A stretch of DNA of 64,000 bases, taken from assembly GCA_010093815.1 (NCBI GenBank), contig ML996572.1; one strand, given 5' to 3'. This DNA comes from Pseudovirgaria hyperparasitica (Eukaryota). Below are positions 40,739 through 54,200 of this stretch, piece by piece (position 1 is the stretch's first letter; each line of letters begins with the position of its first letter). Under the pieces are notes generated by a model. It did no database searches and was not told where the DNA came from. It saw only the letters and a program-made list of their open reading frames with translations. The position numbers and the translations under genes were made by a program.

Positions 40739-41692
40739 AATTTACTCTACTTCTTCTCTAGATATACTAAAATCTAAAGATCTAACTATATTTATAGAGA
40801 AGAACTAAAAGGAGTAGAAAGACTAGAAGAGAGACTACGAAAAGTACTTCCTTAATAACCCTCTACTCTTTTCTACTAAAGTATAATATATTTTATTTAG
40901 AGAATAATACCTAGACTTATAATTCTATAATTAATAGAATAGATAGAAGGAAGTATAGCTACTATCTACGATAACTATAAAGAGTAAAGACGTAGGATAG
41001 TAGTCTAATAGTTTATAGAGAGACATAGGAATGTATTTTTAGAGTAGTCTTACTCTTATACGAGGTTGATTCCTAACGAGTAGGAATCGGTTTATATAGT
41101 CTACTTATATAGTGACCTTACTTAACTTAGCTAACTTAACCTAGCTCTAGCCACTACGTGGCTATATGGATTAGAATAGTCTATATAGATCTATTATGGT
41201 TCCCGTCCTAATAATATCCTTCTTCTTTTTATGCTTCGCCCCGAAGCACTTAAGTATATATAATTCTAAGTCTCTATAATCTATTATATATCTATATATC
41301 CGTAACTAAGTTCCTATAACGTTATAACTATTCTTAATATAGATAAACTCGAGATTCTAGTTTACTTTTACTAGTTCATGCACGCGCTTATCCCTTGCTT
41401 TATAGCTACTACCTAGGACACGTGATCGCCACTTTAGTCGAGTATATATTTGGCTTCGCTCGCCTTTAATTTTATTCTCTAGTATATCTATCTCGCTCTT
41501 AAGGTAAGTCGTTAATTCATATACTATCTTCCCTAGTTTAGGTTTAGAAGGGTCTATAGTAGTCTATTCTTATTAGAACCGGTCCTATATAACCTATTCG
41601 CGTTATTACGGTTACTAATTTAGCTTTGTTAATCGCCGTTAAGGGTAGACGAATATTCCTTTCTTAGATCTCTAGCTAATATATATATATAG

Positions 41693-42766
41693 ATATCTAA
41701 TACTAGTCCTATCTCTAAGCCTACCTCCTCCTCTCGTAAGACTCGCTCTAAAGGTATCGTCTGCTCTCTAGCCACGCCGGCTAAGAAGCCTATCTATCAC
41801 GGTAGTATAAAGGCGCGCTCTAAGTTAGAGAAGAGAGTAGCTAGGGCTACTACTATTACTACCTCTACTACTAATATAGCTACTAGTCGCTCTAATCTAG
41901 GTAATCCTAGTACTAAACTTATAGATGAAGTAGTCGTAGGTTCTCCTCTCGCTCTAAAGCGTATACTATCTACTCTACCTTCTCTAGAGGATAAAGAAGA
42001 TCTCGTTATAGATAATAATCGTAAGCCCTCGCGCTTACCTACGCCGCCGTCTTACCGCTCTTTCTTCTAGTCTAATATAGACTAATTTAGTCGCTCTAGA
42101 TCCTTTTAGGACCTTAATATTTACTCTAAACCCTAGCCTACTAATAATAAGGCCTAGGTCGCCGAGGATACTAAACGTAGTTATGGTTTATACTATAGGA
42201 AAACGGTGAACTATAGTTTAATATACTATAAGTATATTAAGGGCTATACGGCCGGCTCTAAATATCTCTTTTACTCTAACTCTAGTATTAGCTACTACTC
42301 TACTAACCACGACGGGCCTATACGCCCTATCTTTACTCTACCTACCCGCTACCGCCGCTATACTATAACTAGTAAGACTTATCTATAGGTGAGTATAATA
42401 GGCTATCTTAATCTAGTGTAATCTAAAGTAGTCCGCGCTAATATATTCTTAGATTCCTATATATATATAAGATATATATAACGATCTTCGCGTCCGTGAG
42501 ACCCTCAGGGGTTCTTATAGCCGCCTACCTACTATATAGAGGGAGTTTAGGGAGCGCTATAAGCTCTTCCTAGAGGTTATTAAAGTATAAGTTATAAGTA
42601 CGTTAATTNNNNNNNNNNNNNNNNNNNNNNNNNNNNNNNNNNNNNNNNNNNNNNNNNNNNNNNNNNNNNNNNNNNNNNNNNNNNNNNNNNNNNNNNNNNN
42701 NNNNNNNNNNNNNNNNNNNNNNNNNNNNNNNNNNNNNNNNNNNAGAGGGTATATATTCCCTTCTAG
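41693..42766 (+). pseudogene. Antisense accessory gene in family-B copy 2 (undeleted first coding exon 41693-42388; N gap inside the gene)
   Basis: 232-codon frame with RIP-type stops, ending at a GTGAGT donor (42389). Confidence 0.7.
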
Positions 42767-44575
42767 ATTATTCTAGATTATATTAGCTAACTTTAGACCT
42801 AGTCGCTACGCTCCGGCGCTTAAGGCTCTTCCCTCTAGACTCTAATAGATCGGGTTATTACTCTAGAGGCTAAGGTTATTATCCTCCGCTACTATGTCGT
42901 GCGGTTAGAGAGGACTATACTAGAGGTTAGGACGGATAATAAGATAGAGGAGTAGCTCTATAGTTCTAGCTCTATGGGTTTGGCTCTGTGTATTGGCTCT
43001 ATGCCTAGCTCTTATCCGTTTTGGTCCTTTTTAGACCGTTTAGATACCCGTCGGCTAGTTTCTAGTAATTTAATTCTTAACTTAACGATATTATGTATGC
43101 GCTCGCTTAGCTTATGACTATCGGTTTCTATATTCTAATTTTCCTTGAGTCACCTAAGTGTGGGCACCGTATATAAATTAGTTTATCTCTATAAATTCTA
43201 TTAGAGCACCCGAACTAGTAGCCTAGTAGTTATTAGTTCGGGTACTCTAACCTTTTATATTTCGTGTTAAGAGTTTAATTCTATAGTAGGGTACCTTTTT
43301 TTTAGGTTCTTAGTCCTATGTTTTTCTCGTGTATAATAGTCTATGTTAGTCTATTCTAGACTCTTCTATATTATTCTATTATGGTATATCGCGTCGCGTT
43401 TCTAAAATGGTTATTTACGCTTTCTTCGCGTCTAGTAACTATGCGACGCTTGAATTATAGGGCTGCTATATAGAGTTTTCCTAGTGCGCGTCTAGATTTC
43501 CTAGTTTAGTACTTCGTTCTCTACGGTATCCTTCTTCTTTTTATAACGACCACGACGTTACTATACTTATATTAATAATACGCTATTCTATATCTTTTAC
43601 TTATACGTAGCTATTATAGAACTTAAGATATATACCGCTGGTTTCTAGGTATCCTTATCCTTAGTATAGTCCTTCTAACGGATTCTATATTTCTAAACAC
43701 CGTCTTTATTAATTCTATATTTAATAATATAGTCTACTTCGAACATGTCTAGTCTATCTTAGGGTATAATAGAGTGTAACTATACGTTCGTACGGCTCTA
43801 TACGTTAGGTTAAAATCTTTCGAGTAGTAAGACGTGGAATATATTATAGATTCTTATATGTAATGAGTGAAGACGTGGGATAGTAGTCTAACAGTTCATA
43901 GAGAGACATAGGAATGTATTTGTAGAGTAGTCTCACTCTCATACGAGGTTGATTCCTAACGAGCAGGAATTGGTTTGTACGGTCCACTTATATAGTGACC
44001 TCGCTTAACCTAGCTGACTTATCCTAGCTCTGGCCGCTACGTGGCTGCATGGATTAGAATAGTCTATATAGGTCCGTTAGGGTTCCCGTCCTAATAATAT
44101 CCTTCTTCTTTTTATGCTTCGCCCCGAAGTACTTAAGTATATATAATCCTAAGTCTCCATGATCCACCGTATATCTATATATCTATAACTAAGTTCCTAT
44201 AACGTTATAACCATCCTTAATATAGGTGAACTCGAGATTCTAGTTCACTTTTACTAGTTCATGCACGCGCTCATCCCTTGCTTCGTGGCTACTGCCTAGG
44301 ACACATAATTACTACTTTGGTCGAGCATATATTTAGCTTCGCTCGCCTTTAATTTTATTCTCTAGTACATCCACCTCGCTCTCAAGGTAAGTCATTAATT
44401 CATATACTATCTTCCCTAGTTTAGGTTCAGAAGGGTCTATTATGGTCTATTCTTATTAGAACCGGTCCTATATAACCTATTCGCGTTATTACGGTTACTA
44501 ATTCAGCTTCGTTAACTACCGTTAAGGGTAGACGAATATTCCTTCCTTAGATCTCTAGCTAACGTGTATATATAG

Positions 44576-45391
44576 ATATCTAATACTAGTCCTATCTCTA
44601 AGCCTACCTCCTCCTCTCGTAAGACTCGCTCTAAAGGTATTACCTCCTCCCCGGCCACGCCGGCTAAGAAGCCTACCTATCGCGGTGGTACGAAGGCGCG
44701 CTCTAAGTCGGAGAAGAGGGTAGCCAGGGCTACTACTACTACTGCCTCTACCACTAATATAGCCACTAGTCGCTCTAATCTAGGTGATTCTAGTACTAAA
44801 CTTATGGATGAAGTGGTCGTAGGTTCTCCTCTCGCTCTAAAGCGCACGCCGCCTACTCTGCCTCCTCTAGAGAATGAAGAAGATCTCGTCATGGATGATG
44901 ATCGCGAGCCCTCGCGCTTATCCACGCCGCCGCTGTGCCGTGACTAGCAAGACTTGTCTATAGGTGAGTATAATGGGCCGTCTTAATCTAGTGTGATCCA
45001 AAGTAGTCCACGCTAATACATTCTCAGGTTCCTATGCGTATGTAAGATACATATAACGACCTTCGCGTCCGCGAGACCCTCGGGGGTCCTTATGGCCACC
45101 TACCTACTATATAGAGGGAGTTTAGGGAGCGCTATAAGCTCTTCCTAGAGGTTATTAAAGTATAAGTTGCGAACACGTTAATTATTTTTAACACCTATTG
45201 ATATTTCTAGCCGCCGCGAGATCCCTAGCGCCTAGGCTGCCTATTCTAGGGAGTCTGTCCTGGCCATAGAGGCCGCAGAGAGGATTCGCTCTATCCCCCC
45301 TCGTCCGTCTCGCGCTACTAACGGATCTCGTAAGAGGTCTGCTATTTCTCCCTCTAAGTCGCCTCGCAAGAGGGTATATATTCCCTTCTAG
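44576..45391 (+). pseudogene. Antisense intron-containing accessory gene inside family-B copy 3 (carries a 308-bp internal deletion)
   Basis: 5'UTR intron 44387-44575; introns 44964-45027 and 45162-45210 are phase-compatible; basic S/P-rich protein. Confidence 0.7.
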
Positions 45392-46199
45392 ATTATTCTA
45401 GATCGTGTTAGCTAACTTTAGACCCAGTCGCTGCGCTCCGGCGCTTAAGGCTCTTCCCTCTAGGCTCTAACGGATCGGGTTATTACTCTAGAGGCTGAGG
45501 TCGTCACCCTCCGCCGCCATATCGTGCGGTTAGAGAGGACTATACTAGAGGTTATAACGGATGATGAGATGGAGGAGTAGCTCTATGGTTCTGGCTCTAT
45601 GTGTTGGCTCTATATATTCTAGATCTACTATGGGTGGTGCGCGCCGGCTCTGTTTACCTGGCTTTTATCCGTTTTAGTCCTTTCTAGACCGTTTAGATAC
45701 CCGTCGGCCGGTTTCTAGTAATTTAATTCTTAACTTAACGATATTATGTATGCGCTCGCTTCGCTTATGACTATCGGTTTCTACATTCTAATTTTCCTTA
45801 AGTTATCTAAGTGTGGGCACCGTATATAAATTAGTTTATCTCTATGAATTCCATTAGAGCACCCGAACTAGTGGCCTAGTAGTTATTAGTTCGGGTACTC
45901 TAACCTTTTATATTTCGTGTCAAGAGTTCAATTCTATGGTAGGGTACCTTTTTTAGGTTCTTAGTTCTATATTTTTCTCGTGTACAATGGTCCATGTTAG
46001 TCCATTCTAGACTCTTCTATTATGGTGTGTCGCGTCGCGTTCCTAAAATGGTTGTTTACGCTTTCTTCGCGTCTGGTAACCGTGCGACACTTAAATTATA
46101 GGGCTGCCTTATAGAGTTTTCCTAGTGCGCGTCTGGATTTCCTAATTAAGCACTTCGTTCTCTGCGGCATCCTTCTTCTTTTTATAACGACCGCGACGT

Positions 46200-49100
46200 C
46201 GCTATGTTTACATTGATAATACGCTATTCTATATCTTTTACTTATACGCAGCCATTATAGAACTTAAGATATACACCGCTAGTTCCTAGGTATCCTCGTC
46301 CTTAGTGCAGTCCTTCCAACGGATTCTATATTTCTAAACACCGTCTTCATCGATCCTATGTTCGATAATATGGTCTACTTCAAACACGTCTAGTCCATCT
46401 TAGAGCATAATAGAGTATAACTACACGTTCGTACGGTCATACACGTTAGGTCGAAATCTTTCGAGTAGTGAGACGTGGAACACGTTATAAATTCTTATAT
46501 TGCTTCCTAAGTCGAGCTCGTAGGCTCTTATACCGATACGACGTTTGATTCGGAAGGGACCAGCCATTTTATAATCGAGCTTCTTGTTTGCTCGCGACGT
46601 TCGTATGTTACGGACGTTAAGAAGGACCTCGTCGCCCTCCTCGTACGTCTAATCCTTGGCTAACCTATTATAGTACTTCGTATACGAGTCGTTTACTTAT
46701 TGGATTATAGCGTGATAGTTGCGTGCGGTTTCGAAGATTTTAATCGCCAATTCCTAAGCGTGGACGTTCACGTCTATTATTCGATTAAATTAGACCGTAT
46801 AAGGCTTAAAACCTATCCTTAGACTACGTCCAAGGTTCGCCTAGAAAGGTATAATACTAGTCGTGCTATAACGACTATTATTATATATGAACTCTACTAT
46901 ACTTAGTAGGGAGGCCTAGTCGTCCTACTCGAAATTATAGAATGCGCGTAGGTAGGCTTCGAGCGTCTGGTTCTGTCGCTCTGTCTAGCCATCCGTCTAA
47001 GGATAAAATGCTATAGATATATTCCTATTCATGCTTACCATTTCGCAGAATAACGTCTAGAATTTAGACGTGAAGGTACTTTCTCGGTCCGTAACGATCC
47101 TTTTTAGTACACCATAGACCTTAATAATCTCGTTCTGGAACACCTACGCCAGTTCTTTGGATGTAATCGTCTTCCACACCGGGATATACCTAGATATCTT
47201 TATAAGTCTATCCACGATAATAAGAATAGAATTATAACTTATTCTAAGTATCTCGCTTAGAGATAAGTTAACTATAAAGTCTATAATAATATCTTCCTAT
47301 ATAAAGAGGGGGACTAAAAGAGGCTGTAAATTCCCATATAGCTTATGCCTAGGGGCCTTCGTTCTTTAACAAATCGGATAAGTAGCTATCCATTCTTCGA
47401 CGTACTTGGGCATATCTTCCTAAAAATAGTACTAACGAATTAAGCTCAGGGTACGTATATACCCAAAGTATCCTACTAGGTTAGCGTCATGGTATCGGCT
47501 AACTATGTTAAATCGCGCGTTGCCCGTCGGCACATAGCACTTTCTATCATAGTAAAGTAAGCCGTCCACGAAGGTCCACTTATAGTCCACTTTAGTCCGT
47601 AATGACCTATCTTACTACATTTTACGCAACTTTAAAACTATCGGGTCTGTCTTCTATAGATCCACGATTAACTAGGCAAGGTTAATTAGACATTCACGCC
47701 GGGCATTATCGCCCTTCCCGACAGCGCTAATAAACGGCCTACTAGGGACTTCGGTACCGCGTCTTTAGTTACCGGCTTTAGTCTTAGAGATTCGATTACC
47801 GGCATTAACGTTAGCATCTCGCTAATCGCCTAATAACTTAAAATCTAACCTCGTCCTCGAGAGTTGGGCCTATAGCTACTCTAGGACCCTATGGCTACTA
47901 TGATTCTAGGCGCCTTCTTTATAGTTAGGTCTTCTTAACATCCTATTAGCTAGGTTTATACTTCTAGGTTAATGGTAGATTACAAAGTAAAAGTTCGTAA
48001 GCTACTTAGCCTATCGAACCTATCGACGGTTTAAAACCGTCGTGCTCATGAACCCCTTTAAGTTATGGTAATTAGTTAGTAACTCGACGTCATGCATAGT
48101 ACCTTTAAGATAATGTCGCCACTATTTAAACGACTCTACTATTACTAGTAGCTCTTGGTCATGGATAGTATATCTAGTCTTAACATCAACTATTTTGCGC
48201 GAGAAGAACGTAACTAGATACCATTGAACCTTTTTGGACTTAGTTAGTCTAGGCTAGGAGAGAATGCCTAAGATTATAAATCCTAACGCGTCGGTTTCGA
48301 CGCGGATAGGTTTAGTTAGGTCGAAGTGCACCAGCAATAGGGTAGTAGTGAATGCCTCTTTGATTTTCTCGAAGGAGGCCCTTTCGTCTTCTAATAATTC
48401 TATAGGCTATAATTTAATATTACGCTATTTCTATCCACCGCGGACCGTAATAGACGAATCTATGGTGGTAGTACGCGCGTTAAGCGGTGCTACTAGCCGG
48501 GAGAAGTACTTAACGAATTTTCGGTAGTAATTAGCGAATCCGATAAAGACACGTATGTCTCAAACCGATTTTGGTTTAGGCCAGTCCACGATAGTAGCGA
48601 CCCTATCCCTTTCCATGGTTATACCTTGATTAGTAATGACGAAGCCAAGGAAGTTAACGTGGTCCTAGTGGAACTCGCATTTAGATAGCTTAATGTATAG
48701 CTTGTGTTTTTCTAGCCTACCTAGGACTGCGCGTACATGCTAGATGTGTTCTTCTTCGTTATTAGAGAAGATAAGGATGTCGTCGAGGTATACGATGCAC
48801 GTCGTGTTAAGTAGGCCTGCTAGCGCGTTATTAATATACGCTTAGAAGGTCCCTAGCGCGTTAGTTAGTCCAAAAGGGACCACTATGTACTCAAAGTGTC
48901 CATAACGGGTCCTAAACGCCGTTTTCCACTCATCGCCCTTCTTAATACATAGGCGGTAGTAGGCATCGCGTAGATCGAGCTTAGTAAAGATCTTCGCGCG
49001 CCCTAGTCTATCGATAGACTCGGAGATAAGAGGTAGTAGGTAACGATTCTTTCGCGTGATGTTATTTAGGCCACGGTAGTCGACATACAGACGGAGACTC

Positions 49101-49912
49101 CTATCCTTCTTCTTTATAAAGAGGATTAGAGCTCCGGCTAGGGACATACTAGGCCTAATCTATCCTCGCGTAAGGTTCTTTTCGATGTATTCTCGGAGGA
49201 CCTATAGCTCAGGTTCTAATAGAGGGTAGATGGGTCCGTATAGGGGTTATTAACCGTCCTCGAGGTTAATAGTAAGATCGGTAGGTTGGTATTAAGGTAA
49301 TTCGGACGAGTCGATCGCTGACGCGATATATTAGTATATTTTATACTAATGTAGTAGGTTTTCGTCCACTTTGATGCTAAGTTCTCTATTTTAAGTGAGT
49401 AAGAGGACGTAGATAGCAGAGATTGCCTTTTCGCAGTCCTTCTGGAATTATTCGTCGTCGACTAGCTATACTAGGTTCCATTATGGTGGGTGCATGCGCT
49501 AGCCAGCTGTTTTCTAGATGAAGTCTAGTTTCGGGTTATATTTTTCGAGCCACGGTATACCGAGAATCATGTCGAAGGGGCTATCTACCACGATAAAGGT
49601 TAAGTAGCAGGGTTTCCACTTCCCCCCGCTGTCCTAGATGCTATATTTAATAGTATAGGTACCCTACAATTTGATGGGACCATCAATGCCATGGAAGGTG
49701 GCACCTATTAGTGCTTAAATGTCGACGTTAAGTTCTCGTGCTCGTTAAGTTAATATAATGTTAGTGGCTGAACCGCTATCGAGCATTACGGTCCAATGTT
49801 ATCCACGGGGGACCTTGATAGGCCTAGCCTACAGTTCGATATACTGGTTAGCTGGTTATCCCTCTATTTTAGTTACGCCTATAAGTCGCGAGGGTTTCTC
49901 GTAGGTAGTTAG
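46200..49912 (-). pseudogene. pol: pol of family-B copy 3: protease, RT, RNase H, integrase, chromodomain (3' end approximate)
   Basis: VMLDSGSA (~49780), [33 protein letters not shown] (~48785), VETDA.GF, integrase core, and chromodomain FEVDHIIEH..KYRIRWKD..EDTWEP (~46385-46270). Confidence 0.92.
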
Positions 49913-51291
49913 TTTTTTATATTATGTACCGGGTAGTTAGGCGCGATGTGTCCTAGCTGCTAGCACTTATAGTATATAACTAACTTAGTATCTATGTTAG
50001 TATTCGGTGGTTTCCTAGAGCGGTACTCGGGTGCTATATGGCCTATCCTACCATAAGTATAGTAGGTGACTTTAGGTCGTTTATGCGAGTCGTTTCTCGT
50101 ATCTTAATATGTCGACCGGTGGGAAGATCCGCGGTACGGGCCTCGTCCTCTCGAGTTCGTGGAGTGGTAGTGCCCACGAGGTATTCCGCGCGATCTATTA
50201 CTAAACCGGTCCTCTTTAGACGATTTCGCATCGGATTAGATTAGTAGGGATAGTCGTGCGCCTGTACGGCGTTGGTTATTCATTATACGCCAGTGTCGTT
50301 CTGCGAGATTCGCGAGTGCCTAAAGGTCGGTAGAGATGGACGTTGTAAGGTCGATACGTTCTTTTACACTCGGATTAAGGGACCTTTTAAAGTCGTCGCA
50401 TTATCGAACCATGCGATCTTCCTTAGCTTCTCTCTAGAGAGGTCGGAGGTATTTAAGGAGTTGTAACGGGGATTGTCTTTCTCGCTATTAAGTCTTAAAG
50501 ATATGGCTCTAAGCCTATTCGCGTCGCTCGGCTCTATCGCCAAAGCATTAAAGAAGGAATTCGGTGAACGTGTCCTAGTTATACGCATCCTTAGGGTGTT
50601 CGATCCGATATACCATCCAATATTCAGATAGCGTTAGGTCTAGGTAGTTCTATGCGAACCTAATCTTATTACTATCGTTCGTGAATAGGTGGAAGAATCG
50701 GCTACACTAGTAAGCCCATTCGTGAAAGCTCTTCCTGGTTTTACCATCAAAGTAAGGTAGTTTCTTAGGCCGAGGCAACTAGAATAGTAATAGACTTGGT
50801 TAGACTGTTTCGGCTTGAGTTGGTCCATATTAGTATAGGTTGGTTGCTACTAGCACTAAAGCGCGTAGTGCGGCTTCGAGTCTAGTAGTTCGTTCTTACG
50901 TTTCGTTAAGTTCGCGAAGTTACTATTTAAGCTAAACCTAACGCTACCTCTCCGCGTGTAGCCTAGTATACACGTCGTCGTGAGGCGTGGTTAATGTTAG
51001 TCGGTTCTAACGAATTAGTTCGTTAACGTTAATAGGGTCTAGTCTTATAGTAAGGATGGGTCTAGTATAGTGTGAACTAGACCGCGATAGAGTATGATAG
51101 ACTCCTTCCTTATTATCTAGGTAGTCTTCCACGGTTACACGGAATGCCGTACTAGTTATTAGTACGATAGCTTATAGGGTATACTTATCGGTAGAGGTGG
51201 TCGTAGGGAGACTATTCTCCTCATTTAGATTTGGGGAGAGTCTCTCGTAGGAGGTCGTGCCACGGGTATTATGGCGTGTAGTAGGAGCCAT
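49909..51291 (-). pseudogene. gag: gag of family-B copy 3 (461 codons, RIP stops) with two CCHC zinc knuckles
   Basis: ATG at 51291 in frame with TAA at 49911-49909; de-RIP VTCYTCGRIGHIAPEC and CYKCQQLGHIAPNC. Confidence 0.85.
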
Positions 51292-54200
51292 CTCTATAAG
51301 CTACCGTCGTACTATATAGAGAGGAATTAAAATGTAATGAGTGAAGACGTGGGATAGTAGTCTAACAGTTCATAGAGAGACATAGGAATGTATTTATAGA
51401 GTAGTCTCACTCTTATACGAGGTTAATTCCTAACGAGTAGGAATCGGTTTATGCGGTCCACTTATATAGTAACCTCGCTTAACCTAGCTGACTCATCCTA
51501 GCTCTAGCCGCTACGTGGCTGCATGGATTAGAATGGTCCATACAGGTCCGTTAGGGTTCCCGTCCTAACATTATATTACTTCCTAAGTCGAGCTCGTAGG
51601 CTCTTATACTAATATAACGTTTGATTCGGAAGGGACTAGCCATTTTATAATTAAGCTTCTTATTTACTCGTGATGTTCGTATATTACGGACATTAAGAAG
51701 GACCTTATTGCCCTCCTCGTACGTCTAATCCTTGGCTAACCTATTATAGTACTTCGTATATAAGTCGTTTACTTATTAGATTATAGCGCGATAGTTATAT
51801 ACGGTTTTAAAGATTTTAATCGCTAATTTCTAAGCGTGGACGTTTACGTCTATTATTTAATTAAATTAGACCGTCTAAGGCTTAAAACCTATCCTTAGAC
51901 TACGTCCGAGGTTCGCCTAGAAAGGTATAATATCTATTATGCTATAACGGCTATTATTATATATGAACTCTACTATACTTAGTAGGGAGGCCTAGTCATT
52001 CTACTCGAAATTATAGAATACGTGTAGGTAGGCCTCGAGTATCTAGTTCTATCGCTCTATCTAGCTATCCGTCTAAGGATAAAATACTATAGACATATTT
52101 CTATTTATACTTACTATTTCGTAGAATAACGTCTAGAATTTAGATGTGAAGGTACTTCCTCAGTCTATAATAATCCTTTTTAGTATACTATGGACCTTAA
52201 TAATCTCGTTCTAGAATACCTACGCTAGTTCTTTAGATGTAATCGTCTTCTATACTAGGATATACCTAGATATCTTTATAAGTCTATCTATAATAATAAG
52301 AATAGAATTATAACTTATTCTAAGCATCTCGCTTAGAGGTAAGTTAACTATAAAGTCTATAGTAATATCTTCCTATATAAAGAGGGGGACTAAAAGAGGC
52401 TATAAATTCCTATATAGCTTGTGCCTAGGGGCCTTCGTTCTTTGATAAATCGGATAAGTAGCTATCTATTCTTCGATGTACTTAGGTATATCTTCCTAAA
52501 AATAGTACTAACGAATTAAGCTTAGGGTACGTATATATCTAAAGTATCCTACTAGATTAGCGTTATAGTATCGGCTAACTACGTTAAATCGCGCCTTACC
52601 CGTTAGTATATAGTACTTTCTATTATAGTAAAGTAAGCCGTCCACGAAGGTCTACTTATAGTCTACTTTAGTCCGTAATAACCTATCTTACTATATTTTA
52701 CGTAACTTTAAAACTATTAGGTCTATCTTCTATAGATCCACGATTAACTAGGCGAGGTTAATTAGATATTCACGCCGGGTATTATCGCCCTTCCCGATAG
52801 CGCTAATAAACGGCCTACTAGGGACTTCGGTACCGCGTCTTTAGTTACCGGCTTCGGTCTTAGAGATTTAATTACCGGCATCGACGTTAGTATCTTACTA
52901 ATCGCCTAATAACTTAAAATCTAACCTCGTCCTTAAGAGTTGGGCCTATAGCTACTCTAGGACCCTATAGCCACTATAATTCTAGGCGCCTTCTTTATAG
53001 TTAGGTCTTCTTAATATTCTATTAGCTAGGTTTATATTTCTAGGTTAATAGTAGATTATAAAGTGAAAGTTTATAAGCTACTTAGTCTATTAAACCTATT
53101 AATGGTTTAAAACCGTCGTGCTTATAAACCCCTTTAAGTTATAGTAATTAGTTAGTAACTCGACGTTATATATAGTACCTTTAAGATAATATCGCTACTA
53201 TTTAAATGACTCTACTATTACTAGTAGCTCTTAGTTATAGATAGTATATCTAGTCTTAATATTAACTATTTTACGCGAGAAGAACGCAACTAAATACTAT
53301 TAGACCTTTTTAGACTTAGTTAGTCTAGGCTAGAAGAGAATGCCTAAGATTATAAATCCTAACGCGTCGGTTTTAATATAGATAGATTTAGTTAGGTCGA
53401 AGTGCACTAGTAATAGGATAGTTATAAATACCTCTTTGATTTTCTCGAAGGAGGCTCTTTCGCCTTCTAATAATTCTATAGGCTATAATTTAATATTACG
53501 CTATTTCTATCTACCGCGGACCGTAATAGACGAATCTATAGTAGTAGTACATGCGTTAAGCGGTGCTACTAGCTAGGAGAAGTGCTTAACGAATTTTTAG
53601 TAGTAATTAGTAAATCCGATAAAGACACGTATATCTTAAACCGATTTTAGTTTAGGCTAGTCTACGATAGTAGCGACTCTATCCCTTTCTATGGTTATAC
53701 CTTAATTAGTAATAATAAAGCTAAGGAAGTTAATATGGTCCTAGTGGAACTCGCATTTAGATAGCTTAATATATAGCTTATGTTTTTCTAGCCTATCTAG
53801 GACTACGCGTACGTACTAGATGTATTCTTCTTTATTATCCGAGAAGATAAGGATGTCGTTAAGGTATATAATATACGTCGTGTTAAGTAGGCCTACTAGC
53901 GCGTTATTAATATACGCTTAGAAGGTCCCTAGCGCGTTAGTTAGTCTAAAAGGGACTACTATATACTTAAAGTATCTATAACGGGTCCTGAACGCCGTTT
54001 TCCACTTATCGCCCTTCTTAATATATAGGCGGTAGTAGGTGTCGCGTAGATTGAGCTTAGTAAAGATCTTCACGCGCCCTAGTCTATTAATAGACTTAGA
54101 GATAAGAGGTAGTAGGTAATAATTCTTTTATATAATGTTATTTAGGCTACGGTAGTCGATATATAGACGGAGACTCCTATCCTTCTTCTTTATAAAGAGG

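Larger units (their letters stand above)
43859..51570 (-). mobile_element. Chromoviral Gypsy element family B, copy 3 (least RIPed); LTRs 43859-44096 and 51333-51570
   Basis: TG...CA termini, TSD TTATA (43854-43858 / 51571-51575), full gag-PR-RT-RH-IN-chromodomain order. Confidence 0.97.

Noticed and set aside
34316..42743. N gaps in copies 1 and 2 ending at the same position of the accessory gene, and the X-filled ORFs
   Set aside because: Assembly artefact of repeat collapse, not biology
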